Assembly (NCBI GenBank): GCA_032718475.1
Contig: JAUCBJ010000938.1
Coordinates: forward strand, 1-64,000
Source: Nemertoderma westbladi
Taxonomy: Eukaryota; Animalia; Xenacoelomorpha
DNA: 64,000 nt
Reading direction: 5' to 3'
Shown: positions 20,301 to 35,300 of the stretch, in pieces
Layout of the letters: every line of letters starts with the position of its first letter
How positions within the stretch are numbered: the stretch's first letter is position 1
Translations under genes and position numbers: made by a program
Notes under the pieces: generated by a model
The model's input: the letters and a program-made list of their open reading frames with translations, nothing else
Database searches by the model: none
Told to the model about the DNA's origin: nothing

Positions 20301-23300
20301 CCAATGGATCCTATAGAGACTAGCTGAGGGTTTCCTGGCCAATGGATCCTATAGAGACTAGCTGAGGGGTTCCTGGCCAATGTATCCTATAGAGACTAGC
20401 TGAGGGGTTCCTGGCCAATGGATCCTATAAAGACTAGCTGAGGGTTTCCTGGCCAATGGATCCTATAGTGACTAGCTGAGGGTTTCCTGGCCAATGTATC
20501 CTATAGAGACTAGCTGAGGGGTTCCTGGCCAGAGTATCCTATAGAGACTAGCTGAGGGGTTCCTGACCAATGTATCCTATAGAGACTAGCTGAGAGGTTC
20601 CTGGCCAATGGATCCTATAGAGACTAGCTGAGGGGTTCCTGGCCAATGTATCCTATAGAGACTAGCTGAGGGGTTCCTGGCCAATGTATCCTATAAAGAC
20701 TAGCTGAGAGGTTCCTGGCCAATGGATCCTATAGAGACTAGCTGAGGGGTTCCTGGCCAATGTATCCTATAGAGACTAGCTGAGGGGTTCCTGACCAATG
20801 TATCCTATAGAGACTAGCTGAGAGGTTCCTGGCCAATGGATCCTATAGAGACTAGCTGAGGGGTTCCTGGCCAATGTATCCTATAGAGACTAGCTGAGGG
20901 GTTCCTGACCAATGTATCCTATAGAGACTAGCTGAGAGGTTCCTGGCCAATGGATCCTATAGAGACTAGCTGAGGGGTTCCTGGCCAATGTATCCTATAG
21001 AGACTAGCTGAGGGGTTCCTGGCCAATGGATCCTATAGAGACTAGCTGAGGGGTTCCTGGCCAATGTATCCTATAGAGACTAGCTGAGGGGTTCCTGGCC
21101 AATGTATCCTATAGAGACTAGCTGAGGGGTTCCTGACCAATGTATCCTATAGAGACTAGCTGAGAGGTTCCTGGCCAATGGATCCTATAGAGACTAGCTG
21201 AGGGGTTCCTGGCCAATGTATCCTATAGAGACTAGCTGAGGGGTTCCTGACCAATGTATCCTATAAAGACTAGCTGAGAGGTTCCTGGCCAATGGATCCT
21301 ATAGAGACTAGCTGAGGGGTTCCTGGCCAATGTATCCTATAGAGACTAGCTGAGGGGTTCCTGACCAATGTATCCTATAGAGACTAGCTGAGAGGTTCCT
21401 GGCCAATGGATCCTATAGAGACTAGCTGAGGGGTTCCTGGCCAATGTATCCTATAGAGACTAGCTGAGGGGTTCCTGGCCAATGTATCCTATAAAGACTA
21501 GCTGAGAGGTTCCTGGCCAATGGATCCTATAGAGACTAGCTGAGAGGTTCCTGGCCAATGGATCCTATAAAGACTAGCTGAGAGGTTCCTGGCCAATGTA
21601 TCCTATAAAGACTAGCTGAGAGGTTCCTGGCCAATGGATCCTATAGAGACTAGCTGAGGGGTTCCTGGCCAATGTATCCTATAGAGACTAGCTGAGGGGT
21701 TCCTGGCCAATGGATCCTATAAAGACTAGCTGAGGGTTTCCTGGCCAATGGATCCTATAGTGACTAGCTGAGGGTTTCCTGGCCAATGTATCCTATAGAG
21801 ACTAGCTGAGGGGTTCCTGGCCAGAGTATCCTATAGAGACTAGCTGAGGGGTTCCTGGCCAATGTATCCTATAAAGACTAGCTGAGAGGTTCCTGGCCAA
21901 TGGATCCTATAGAGACTAGCTGAGGGGTTCCTGGCCAATGTATCCTATAAAGACTAGCTGAGAGGTTCCTGACCAATGTATCCTATAGAGACTAGCTGAG
22001 AGGTTCCTGGCCAATGTATCCTATAGAGACTAGCTGAGAGGTTCCTGGCCAATGGATCCTATAAAGACTAGCTGAGGGTTTCCTGGCCAATGGATCCTAT
22101 AGTGACTAGCTGAGGGTTTCCTGGCCAATGTATCCTATAGAGACTAGCTGAGGGGTTCCTGGCCAGAGTATCCTATAGAGACTAGCTGAGGGGTTCCTGA
22201 CCAATGTATCATATAGAGACTAGCTGAGAGGTTCCTGGCCAGAGTATCCTATAGAGACTAGCTGAGGGGTTCCTGACCAATGTATCCTATAGAGACTAGC
22301 TGAGGGGTTCCTGACCAATGTATCCTATAGAGACTAGCTGAGGGGTTCCTGACCAATGTATCCTATAGAGACTAGCTGAGGGGTTCCTGACCAATGTATC
22401 CTATAGAGACTAGCTGAGAGGTTCCTGGCCAATGTATCCTATAGAGACTAGCTGAGAGGTTCCTGACCAATTGATTTTATAGATACTAGCTTAGAGGTTC
22501 CTGGCCAATGTATCCTATAGAGACTAGCTGAGAGGTTCCTGACCAATTGATTTTATAGATACTAGCTTAGAGTTTCCTGGCCAATGTATCCTATAGAGAC
22601 TAGCTGAGAGGTTCCTGACCAATTGATTTTATAGATACTAGCTTAGAGTTTCCTGGCCAATGTATCCTATAGAGACTAGCTGAGGGTTTCCTGGCCAATG
22701 GATCCTATAGAGACTAGCTGAGGGTTTCCTGGCCAATGTATCCTATAGAGACTAGCTGAGGGGTTCCTGACCAATGTATCCTATAGAGACTAGCTGAGGG
22801 GTTCCTGACCAATGTATCCTATAGAGACTAGCTGAGAGGTTCCTGGCCAATGTATCCTATAGAGACTAGCTGAGAGGTTCCTGACCAATTGATTTTATAG
22901 ATACTAGCTTAGAGGTTCCTGGCCAATGTATCCTATAGAGACTAGCTGAGAAGTTCCTGGCCAATGTATCCTATAGAGACTAGCTGAGGGGTTCCTGGCC
23001 AATGTATCCTATAGAGACTAGCTGAGGGGTTCCTGGCCAATGTATCCTATAGAGACTAGCTGAGGGGTTCCTGACCAATTGATTTTATAGATACTAGCTT
23101 AGAGGTTCCTGGCCAATGTATCCTATAGAGACTAGCTGAGGGGTTCCTGACCAATGTATCCTATAGAGACTAGCTGAGAGGTTCCTGGCCAGAGTATCCT
23201 ATAGAGACTAGCTGAGGGGTTCCTGGCCAATGTATCCTATAGAGACTAGCTGAGGGGTTCCTGGCCAATGTATCCTATAGAGACTAGCTGAGGGGTTCCT

Positions 23301-26300
23301 GACCAATTGATTTTATAGATACTAGATAAGAGGTTCCTGGCCAATGTATCCTATAGAGACTAGCTGAGGGGTTCCTGACCAATGTATCCTATAGAGACTA
23401 GCTGAGGGGTTCCTGGCCAATGTATCCTATAGAGACTAGCTGAGGGGTTCCTGGCCAATGTATCCTATAGAGACTAGCTGAGGGGTTCCTGACCAATTGA
23501 TTTTATAGATACTAGCTTAGAGGTTCCTGGCCAATGTATCCTATAGAGACTAGCTGAGGGGTTCCTGACCAATGTATCCTATAGAGACTAGCTGAGAGGT
23601 TCCTGGCCAGAGTATCCTATAGAGACTAGCTGAGGGGTTCCTGACCAATGTATCCTATAGAGACTAGCTGAGGGGTTCCTGACCAATGTATCCTATAGAG
23701 ACTAGCTGAGGGGTTCCTGACCAATGTATCCTATAGAGACTAGCTGAGGGGTTCCTGACCAATGTATCCTATAGAGACTAGCTGAGAGGTTCCTGGCCAA
23801 TGTATCCTATAGAGACTAGCTGAGGGGTTCCTGGCCAATGTATCCTATAGAGACTAGCTGAGAGGTTCCTGGCCAGAGTATCCTATAGAGACTAGCTGAG
23901 GGGTTCCTGGCCAATGTATCCTATAGAGACTAGCTGAGGGGTTCCTGGCCAATGTATCCTATAGAGACTAGCTGAGGGGTTCCTGACCAATTGATTTTAT
24001 AGATACTAGCTTAGAGGTTCCTGGCCAATGTATCCTATAGAGACTAGCTGAGGGGTTCCTGGCCAATGTATCCTATAGAGACTAGCTGAGGGGTTCCTGG
24101 CCAATGTATCCTATAGAGACTAGCTGAGGGGTTCCTGACCAATTGATTTTATAGATACTAGCTTAGAAGTTCCTGGCCAATGGATCCTTTAGAGACTAGC
24201 TGAGGGTTTCCTGGCCAATGGATCCAATAGAGAGACTAGCTGAGGGTTTCCTGGCCAATGGATCCTATAGAGACTAGCTGAGGGGTTCCTGACCAATGTA
24301 TCCTATAGAGACTAGCTGAGGGGTTCCTGACCAATGTATCCTATAGAGACTAGCTGAGGGGTTCCTGACCAATGTATCCTATAGAGACTAGCTGAGGGGT
24401 TCCTGACCAATGTATCCTATAGAGACTAGCTGAGAGGTTCCTGGCCAATGTATCCTATAGAGACTAGCTGAGAGGTTCCTGACCAATTGATTTTATAGAT
24501 ACTAGCTTAGAGGTTCCTGGCCAATGTATCCTATAGAGACTAGCTGAGGGGTTCCTGGCCAATGTATCCTATAGAGACTAGCTGAGAGGTTCCTGACCAA
24601 TTGATTTTATAGATACTAGCTTAGAGGTTCCTGGCCAATGTATCCTATAGAGACTAGCTGAGAGGTTCCTGACCAATTGATTTTATAGATACTAGCTTAG
24701 AGGTTCCTGGCCAATGTATCCTATAGAGACTAGCTGAGAGGTTCCTGACCAATGTATCCTATAGAGACTAGCTGAGAGGTTCCTGGCCAGAGTATCCTAT
24801 AGAGACTAGCTGAGGGGTTCCTGACCAATGTATCCTATAGAGACTAGCTGAGGGGTTCCTGACCAATGTATCCTATAGAGACTAGCTGAGGGGTTCCTGA
24901 CCAATGTATCCTATAGAGACTAGCTGAGAGGTTCCTGGCCAATGTATCCTATAGAGACTAGCTGAGGGGTTCCTGACCAATGTATCCTATAGAGACTAGC
25001 TGAGGGGTTCCTGACCAATGTATCCTATAGAGACTAGCTGAGGGGTTCCTGACCAATGTATCCTATAGAGACTAGCTGAGAGGTTCCTGGCCAGAGTATC
25101 CTATAGAGACTAGCTGAGGGGTTCCTGACCAATGTATCCTATAGAGACTAGCTGAGGGGTTCCTGACCAATGTATCCTATAGAGACTAGCTGAGGGGTTC
25201 CTGACCAATGTATCCTATAGAGACTAGCTGAGGGGTTCCTGGCCAATGTATCCTATAGAGACTAGCTGAGAGGTTCCTGGCCAATGTATCCTATAGAGAC
25301 TAGCTGAGAGGTTCCTGGCCAATGTATCCTATAGAGACTAGCTGAGGGGTTCCTGACCAATTGATTTTATAGATACTAGCTTAGAGGTTCCTGGCCAATG
25401 TATCCTATAGAGACTAGCTGAGAGGTTCCTGGCCAATGTATCCTATAGAGACTAGCTGAGAGGTTCCTGACCAATTGATTTTATAGATACTAGCTTAGAG
25501 GTTCCTGGCCAATGTATCCTATAGAGACTAGCTGAGGGTTTCCTGGCCAATGGATTCTATAGATACTAGCTGAGGGTTTCCTGGCCAATGTATCCTATAG
25601 AGACTAGCTGAGGGGTTCCTGACCAATGTATCCTATAGAGACTAGCTGAGGGGTTCCTGACCAATGTATCCTATAGAGACTAGCTGAGAGGTTCCTGGCC
25701 AATGGATCCTATAGAGACTAGCTGAGGGGTTCCTGACCAATGTATCCTATAGAGACTAGCTGAGGGGTTCCTGACCAATGTATCCTATAGAGACTAGCTG
25801 AGGGGTTCCTGACCAATGTATCCTATAGAGACTAGCTGAGGGGTTCCTGACCAATGTATCCTATAGAGACTAGCTGAGGGGTTCCTGGCCAATGTATCCT
25901 ATAGAGACTAGCTGAGAGGTTCCTGGCCAATGTATCCTATAGATACTAGCTTAGAGGTTCCTGGCCAATGTATCCTATAGAGACTAGCTGAGGGGTTCCT
26001 GACCAATGTATCCTATAGAGACTAGCTGAGGGGTTCCTGACCAATGTATCCTATAGAGACTAGCTGAGGGGTTCCTGACCAATGTATCCTATAGAGACTA
26101 GCTGAGGGGTTCCTGGCCAATGTATCCTATAGAGACTAGCTGAGGGGTTCCTGGCCAATGTATCCTATAGAGACTAGCTGAGAGGTTCCTGGCCAATGTA
26201 TCCTATAGAGACTAGCTGAGAGGTTCCTGGCCAATGGATCCTATAGAGACTAGCTGAGAGGTTCCTGGCCAATGTATCCTATAGAGACTAGCTGAGAGGT

Positions 26301-29300
26301 TCCTGGCCAATGTATCCTATAGAGACTAGCTGAGGGGTTCCTGACCAATTGATTTTATAGATACTAGCTTAGAGGTTCCTGGCCAATGTATCCTATAGAG
26401 ACTAGCTGAGGGGTTCCTGACCAATGTATCCTATAGAGACTAGCTGAGGGGTTCCTGACCAATGTATCCTATAGAGACTAGCTGAGGGGTTCCTGACCAA
26501 TGTATCCTATAGAGACTAGCTGAGGGGTTCCTGGCCAATGTATCCTATAGAGACTAGCTGAGAGGTTCCTGGCCAATGTATCCTATAGAGACTAGCTGAG
26601 GGGTTCCTGGCCAATGTATCCTATAGAGACTAGCTGAGGGGTTCCTGGCCAATGTATCCTATAGAGACTAGCTGAGGGGTTCCTGACCAATTGATTTTAT
26701 AGATACTAGCTTAGAGGTTCCTGGCCAATGTATCCTATAGAGACTAGCTGAGGGGTTCCTGACCAATTGATTTTATAGATACTAGCTTAGAGGTTCCTGG
26801 CCAATGTATCCTATAGAGACTAGCTGAGGGGTTCCTGACCAATTGATTTTATAGATACTAGCTTAGAGGTTCCTGGCCAATGTATCCTATAGAGACTAGC
26901 TTAGAGGTTCCTGGCCAATGTATCCTATAGAGACTAGCTGAGAGGTTCCTGGCCAATGTATCCTATAGAGACTAGCTGAGAGGTTCCTGGCCAATGTATC
27001 CTATAGAGACTAGCTGAGGGGTTCCTGGCCAATGGATCCTATAGAGACTAGCTGAGGGGTTCCTGGCCAATGTATCCTATAGAGACTAGCTGAGAGGTTC
27101 CTGGCCAATGTATCCTATAGAGACTAGCTGAGGGGTTCCTGGCCAATGTATCCTATAGAGACTAGCTGAGAGGTTCCTGGCCAATTGATTTTATAGATAC
27201 TAGCTTAGAGGTTCCTGGCCAATGTATCCTATAGAGACTAGCTGAGAGGTTCCTGACCAATTGATTTTATAGATACTAGCTTAGAGGTTCCTGGCCAATG
27301 TATCCTATAGAGACTAGCTGAGAGGTTCCTGGCCAATGTATCCTATAGAGACTAGCTGAGAGGTTCCTGGCCAATGGATCCTATAGAGACTAGCTGAGGG
27401 GTTCCTGGCCAATGGATCCTATAGATACTAGCTTAGAGGTTCCTGGCCAATGTATCCTATAGAGACTAGCTGAGGGGTTCCTGGCCAATGTATCCTATAG
27501 AGACTAGCTGAGGGGTTCCTGGCCAATGTATCCTATAGAGACTAGCTGAGGGGTTCCTGGCCAATGTATCCTATAGAGACTAGCTGAGGGGTTCCTGACC
27601 AATTGATTTTATATATACTAGCTTAGAGGTTCCTGGCCAATGTATCCTATAGAGACTAGCTGAGAGGTTCCTGGCCAATGTATCCTATAGAGACTAGCTG
27701 AGGGTTTCCTGGCCAATGTATCCTATAGAGACTAGCTGAGGGGTTCCTGGCCAATGTATCCTATAGAGACTAGCTGAGGGGTTCCTGGCCAATGTATCCT
27801 ATAGAGACTAGCTGAGGGGTTCCTGGCCAATGTATCCTATAGAGACTAGCTGAGGGGTTCCTGGCCAATGTATCCTATAGAGACTAGCTGAGGGGTTCCT
27901 GGCCAATGTATCCTATAGAGACTAGCTGAGGGGTTCCTGACCAATTGATTTTATATATACTAGCTTAGAGGTTCCTGGCCAATGTATCCTATAGAGACTA
28001 GCTGAGGGGTTCCTGGCCAATGTATCCTATAGAGACTAGCTGAGGGGTTCCTGGCCAATGTATCCTATAGAGACTAGCTGAGGGGTTCCTGGCCAATGTA
28101 TCCTATAGAGACTAGCTGAGGGGTTCCTGGCCAATGTATCCTATAGAGACTAGCTGAGGGGTTCCTGGCCAATGTATCCTATAGAGACTAGCTGAGGGGT
28201 TCCTGACCAATTGATTTTATATATACTAGCTTAGAGGTTCCTGGCCAATGTATCCTATAAAGACTAGCTGAGAGGTTCCTGGCCAATGGATCCTATAGAG
28301 ACTAGCTGAGAGGTTCCTGGCCAATGTATCCTATAGAGACTAGCTGAGGGGTTCCTGGCCAATGTATCCTATAGAGACTAGCTGAGAGGTTCCTGGCCAA
28401 TGGATCCTATAGAGACTAGCTGAGAGGTTCCTGGCCAATGGATCCTATAGAGACTAGCTGAGGGGTTCCTGGCCAATGTATCCTATAGAGACTAGCTGAG
28501 AGGTTCCTGACCAATTGATTTTATAGATACTAGCTTAGAGGTTCCTGGCCAATGTATCCTATAGAGACTAGCTGAGGGGTTCCTGACCAATTGATTTTAT
28601 AGATACTAGCTTAGAGGTTCCTGGCCAATGTATCCTATAGAGACTAGCTGAGGGGTTCCTGGCCAATGTATCCTATAGAGACTAGCTGAGGGGTTCCTGA
28701 CCAATTGATTTTATAGATACTAGCTTAGAGGTTCCTGGCCAATGTATCCTATAGAGACTAGCTGAGGGGTTCCTGGCCAATGTATCCTATAGAGACTAGC
28801 TGAGGGGTTCCTGACCAATTGATTTTATAGATACTAGCTTAGAGGTTCCTGGCCAATGTATCCTATAAAGACTAGCTGAGAGGTTCCTGGCCAATGTATC
28901 CTATAAAGACTAGCTGAGAGGTTCCTGGCCAATGTATCCTATAGAGACTAGCTGAGGGGTTCCTGGCCAATGTATCCTATAGAGACTAGCTGAGGGGTTC
29001 CTGACCAATTGATTTTATAGATACTAGCTTAGAGGTTCCTGGCCAATTTATCCTATAAAGACTAGCTGAGAGGTTCCTGGCCAATGGATCCTATAGAGAC
29101 TAGCTGAGGGGTTCCTGGCCAATTGATTTTATAGATACTAGCTTAGAGGTTCCTGGCCAATGTATCCTATAGAGACTAGCTGATAGGTTCCTGACCAATT
29201 GATTTTATAGATACTAGCTTAGAGGTTCCTGGCCAATGTATCCTATAGAGACTAGCTGAGGGGTTCCTGGCCAATGTATCCTATAAAGACTAGCTGAGAG

Positions 29301-32300
29301 GTTCCTGGCCAATGGATCCTATAAAGACTAGCTGAGAGGTTCCTGGCCAATGTATCCTATAAAGACTAGCTGAGAGGCTCCTGGCCAATGTATCCTATAA
29401 AGACTAGCTGAGAGGTTCCTGGCCAATGTATCCTATAAAGACTAGCTGAGAGGCTCCTGGCCAATGTATCCTATAAAGACTAGCTGAGGGTTTCCTGGCC
29501 AATGTATCCTATAAAGACTAGCTGAGAGGTTCCTGGCCAATGTATCCTATAAAGACTAGCTGAGAGGTTCCTGGCCAATGTATCCTATAGAGACTAGCTG
29601 AGGGGTTCCTGGCCAATGTATCCTATAAAGACTAGCTGAGAGGTTCCTGGCCAATGGATCCTATAAAGACTAGCTGAGAGGTTCCTGGCCAATGTATCCT
29701 ATAGAGACTAGCTGAGGGGTTCCTGGCCAATGTATCCTATAGAGACTAGCTGAGGGGTTCCTGGCCAATGTATCCTATAGAGACTAGCTGAGGGTTTCCT
29801 GGCCAATGTATCCTATAAAGACTAGCTGAGAGGTTCCTGGCCAATGGATCCTATAAAGACTAGCTGAGAGGTTCCTGGCCAATGTATCCTATAGAGACTA
29901 GCTGAGGGGTTCCTGGCCAATGTATCCTATAAAGACTAGCTGAGAGGTTCCTGGCCAATGGATCCTATAAAGACTAGCTGAGAGGTTCCTGGCCAATGTA
30001 TCCTATAAAGACTAGCTGAGAGGTTCCTGGCCAATGGATCCTATAAAGACTAGCTGAGAGGTTCCTGGCCAATGTATCCTATAGAGACTAGCTGAGGGGT
30101 TCCTGGCCAATGTATCCTATAGAGACTAGCTGAGGGGTTCCTGGCCAATGTATCCTATAGAGACTAGCTGAGAGGTTCCTGGCCAATGTATCCTATAAAG
30201 ACTAGCTGAGAGGCTCCTGGCCAATGTATCCTATAAAGACTAGCTGAGGGTTTCCTGGCCAATGTATCCTATAAAGACTAGCTGAGAGGTTCCTGGCCAA
30301 TGGATCCTATAAAGACTAGCTGAGAGGTTCCTGGCCAATGTATCCTATAGAGACTAGCTGAGGGGTTCCTGGCCAATGTATCCTATAGAGACTAGCTGAG
30401 GGGTTCCTGGCCAATGTATCCTATAGAGACTAGCTGAGGGTTTCCTGGCCAATGTATCCTATAAAGACTAGCTGAGAGGTTCCTGGCCAATGGATCCTAT
30501 AAAGACTAGCTGAGAGGTTCCTGGCCAATGTATCCTATAAAGACTAGCTGAGAGGCTCCTGGCCAATGTATCCTATAAAGACTAGCTGAGAGGTTCCTGG
30601 CCAATGGATCCTATAAAGACTAGCTGAGAGGTTCCTGGCCAATGGATCCTATAAAGACTAGCTTAGAGGTTCCTGGCCAATGTATCCTATAAAGACTAGC
30701 TGAGAGGTTCCTGGCCAATGTATCCTATAAAGACTAGCTGAGAGGCTCCTGACCAATGTATCCTATAAAGACTAGCTGAGGGTTTCCTGGCCAATGTATC
30801 CTATAAAGACTAGCTGAGAGGTTCCTGGCCAATGGATCCTATAAAGACTAGCTGAGAGGTTCCTGGCCAATGTATCCTATAGAGACTAGCTGAGAGGTTC
30901 CTGGCCAATGTATCCTATAGAGACTAGCTGAGAGGTTCCTGGCCAATGTATCCTATAGAGACTAGCTGAGAGGTTCCTGGCCAATGTATCCTATAGAGAC
31001 TAGCTGAGAGGTTCCTGGCCAATGGATCCTATAGAGACTAGCTGAGAGGTTCCTGGCCAATGTATCCTATAGAGACTAGCTGAGAGGTTCCTGGCCAATG
31101 TATCCTATAGAGACTAGCTGAGGGGTTCCTGGCCAATGGATCCTATAAAGACTAGCTGAGAGGTTCCTGGCCAATGTATCCTATAAAGACTAGCTGAGAG
31201 GCTCCTGGCCAATGTATCCTATAAAGACTAGCTGAGGGTTTCCTGGCCAATGTATCCTATAAAGACTAGCTGAGAGGTTCCTGGCCAATGGATCCTATAA
31301 AGACTAGCTGAGAGGCTCCTGGCCAATGTATCCTATAAAGACTAGCTGAGGGTTTCCTGGCCAATGTATCCTATAAAGACTAGCTGAGAGGTTCCTGGCC
31401 AATGTATCCTATAGAGACTAGCTGAGGGTTTCCTGGCCAATGTATCCTATAGAGACTAGCTGAGAGGTTCCTGGCCAATGTATCCTATAGAGACTAGCTG
31501 AGGGTTTCCTGGCCAATGTATCCTATAAAGACTAGCTGAGAGGTTCCTGGCCAATGGATCCTATAAAGACTAGCTGAGAGGTTCCTGGCCAATGTATCCT
31601 ATAGAGACTAGCTGAGGGGTTCCTGGCCAATGTATCCTATAGAGACTAGCTGAGGGGTTCCTGGCCAATGGATCCTATAAAGACTAGCTGAGAGGTTCCT
31701 GGCCAATGTATCCTATAGAGACTAGCTGAGGGTTTCCTGGCCAATGTATCCTATAAAGACTAGCTGAGAGGTTCCTGGCCAATGGATCCTATAGAGACTA
31801 GCTGAGGGGTTCCTGGCCAATGGATCCTATAAAGACTAGCTGAGAGGTTCCTGGCCAATGTATCCTATAGAGACTAGCTGAGGGGTTCCTGGCCAATGTA
31901 TCCTATAGAGACTAGCTGAGGGGTTCCTGGCCAATGGATCCTATAAAGACTAGCTGAGAGGTTCCTGGCCAATGTATCCTATAAAGACTAGCTGAGAGGC
32001 TCCTGGCCAATGTATCCTATAAAGACTAGCTGAGGGTTTCCTGGCCAATGTATCCTATAAAGACTAGCTGAGAGGTTCCTGGCCAATGTATCCTATAGAG
32101 ACTAGCTGAGAGGTTCCTGGCCAATGGATCCTATAAAGACTAGCTGAGAGGTTCCTGGCCAATGTATCCTATAGAGACTAGCTGAGGGGTTCCTGGCCAA
32201 TGTATCCTATAGAGACTAGCTGAGGGGTTCCTGGCCAATGGATCCTATAAAGACTAGCTGAGAGGTTCCTGGCCAATGTATCCTATAGAGACTAGCTGAG

Positions 32301-35300
32301 GGGTTCCTGGCCAATGTATCCTATAGAGACTAGCTGAGGGGTTCCTGGCCAATGGATCCTATAAAGACTAGCTGAGAGGTTCCTGGCCAATGTATCCTAT
32401 AGAGACTAGCTGAGGGTTTCCTGGCCAATGTATCCTATAAAGACTAGCTGAGAGGTTCCTGGCCAATGGATCCTATAAAGACTAGCTGAGAGGTTCCTGG
32501 CCAATGTATCCTATAGAGACTAGCTGAGGGGTTCCTGGCCAATGTATCCTATAGATACTAGCTGAGGGGTTCCTGGCCAATGTATCCTATAAAGACTAGC
32601 TGAGAGGTTCCTGGCCAATGGATCCTATAAAGACTAGCTGAGAGGTTCCTGGCCAATGTATCCTATAAAGACTAGCTGAGAGGCTCCTGGCCAATGTATC
32701 CTATAAAGACTAGCTGAGGGTTTCCTGGCCAATGTATCCTATAAAGACTAGCTGAGAGGTTCCTGGCCAATGTATCCTATAGAGACTAGCTGAGAGGTTC
32801 CTGGCCAATGTATCCTATAGAGACTAGCTGAGAGGTTCCTGGCCAATGTATCCTATAGAGACTAGCTGAGGGTTTCCTGGCCAATGTATCCTATAAAGAC
32901 TAGCTGAGAGGTTCCTGGCCAATGGATCCTATAAAGACTAGCTGAGAGGTTCCTGGCCAATGTATCCTATAGAGACTAGCTGAGGGGTTCCTGGCCAATG
33001 TATCCTATAGAGACTAGCTGAGGGGTTCCTGGCCAATGGATCCTATAAAGACTAGCTGAGAGGTTCCTGGCCAATGTATCCTATAAAGACTAGCTGAGAG
33101 GCTCCTGGCCAATGTATCCTATAAAGACTAGCTGAGGGTTTCCTGGCCAATGTATCCTATAAAGACTAGCTGAGAGGTTCCTGGCCAATGGATCCTATAA
33201 AGACTAGCTGAGAGGTTCCTGGCCAATGTATCCTATAGAGACTAGCTTAGAGGTTCCTGGCCAATGGATCCTATAGAGACTAGCTGAGGGGTTCCTGGCC
33301 AATGTATCCTATAGAGACTAGCTGAGGGGTTCCTGGCCAATGTATCCTATAGAGACTAGCTGAGGGGTTCCTGGCCAATGTATCCTATAGAGACTAGCTG
33401 AGGGGTTCCTGGCCAATGTATCCTATAGAGACTAGCTGAGGGTTTCCTGGCCAATGTATCCTATAAAGACTAGCTGAGAGGTTCCTGGCCAATGGATCCT
33501 ATAAAGACTAGCTGAGAGGTTCCTGGCCAATGTATCCTATAAAGACTAGCTGAGAGGCTCCTGGCCAATGTATCCTATAAAGACTAGCTGAGAGGTTCCT
33601 GGCCAATGGATCCTATAAAGACTAGCTGAGAGGTTCCTGGCCAATGGATCCTATAAAGACTAGCTGAGAGGTTCCTGGCCAATGTATCCTATAAAGACTA
33701 GCTGAGAGGTTCCTGGCCAATGTATCCTATAAAGACTAGCTGAGAGGCTCCTGGCCAATGTATCCTATAAAGACTAGCTGAGGGTTTCCTGGCCAATGTA
33801 TCCTATAAAGACTAGCTGAGAGGTTCCTGGCCAATGGATCCTATAAAGACTAGCTGAGAGGTTCCTGGCCAATGTATCCTATAGAGACTAGCTGAGAGGT
33901 TCCTGGCCAATGTATCCTATAAAGACTAGCTGAGAGGCTCCTGGCCAATGTATCCTATAAAGACTAGCTGAGGGTTTCCTGGCCAATGTATCCTATAAAG
34001 ACTAGCTGAGAGGTTCCTGGCCAATGGATCCTATAAAGACTAGCTGAGAGGTTCCTGGCCAATGTATCCTATAGAGACTAGCTGAGAGGTTCCTGGCCAA
34101 TGTATCCTATAGAGACTAGCTGAGAGGTTCCTGGCCAATGTATCCTATAAAGACTAGCTGAGAGGTTCCTGGCCAATGTATCCTATAAAGACTAGCTGAG
34201 AGGTTCCTGGCCAATGGATCCTATAAAGACTAGCTGAGAGGTTCCTGGCCAATGTATCCTATAAAGACTAGCTGAGAGGTTCCTGGCCAATGTATCCTAT
34301 AAAGACTAGCTGAGAGGCTCCTGGCCAATGTATCCTATAAAGACTAGCTGAGAGGTTCCTGGCCAATGTATCCTATAAAGACTAGCTGAGGGTTTCCTGG
34401 CCAATGTATCCTATAGAGACTAGCTGAGAGGTTCCTGGCCAATGTATCCTATAAAGACTAGCTGAGGGTTTCCTGGCCAATGTATCCTATAGAGACTAGC
34501 TGAGAGGTTCCTGGCCAATGTATCCTATAGAGACTAGCTGAGGGGTTCCTGACTAATTGATTTTATAGATACTAGCTTAGAGGTTCCTGGCCAATGTATC
34601 CTATAAAGACTAGCTGAGAGGCTCCTGGCCAATGTATCCTATAAAGACTAGCTGAGGGTTTCCTGGCCAATGTATCCTATAAAGACTAGCTGAGAGGTTC
34701 CTGGCCAATGGATCCTATAAAGACTAGCTGAGAGGTTCCTGGCCAATGTATCCTATAAAGACTAGCTGAGAGGCTCCTGGCCAATGTATCCTATAAAGAC
34801 TAGCTGAGGGGTTCCTGGCCAATGTATCCTATAAAGACTAGCTGAGAGGTTCCTGGCCAATGTATCCTATAAAGACTAGCTGAGAGGCTCCTGGCCAATG
34901 TATCCTATAAAGACTAGCTGAGGGTTTCCTGGCCAATGTATCCTATAAAGACTAGCTGAGAGGTTCCTGGCCAATGGATCCTATAAAGACTAGCTGAGAG
35001 GTTCCTGGCCAATGTATCCTATAAAGACTAGCTGAGAGGCTCCTGGCCAATGTATCCTATAAAGACTAGCTGAGGGGTTCCTGGCCAATGTATCCTATAG
35101 AGACTAGCTGAGGGGTTCCTGGCCAATGTATCCTATAGAGACTAGCTGAGGGGTTCCTGACCAATTGATTTTATAGATACTAGCTTAGAGGTTCCTGGCC
35201 AATGTATCCTATAGAGACTAGCTGAGGGGTTCCTGGCCAATGTATCCTATAGAGACTAGCTGAGGGGTTCCTGACCAATTGATTTTATAGATACTAGCTT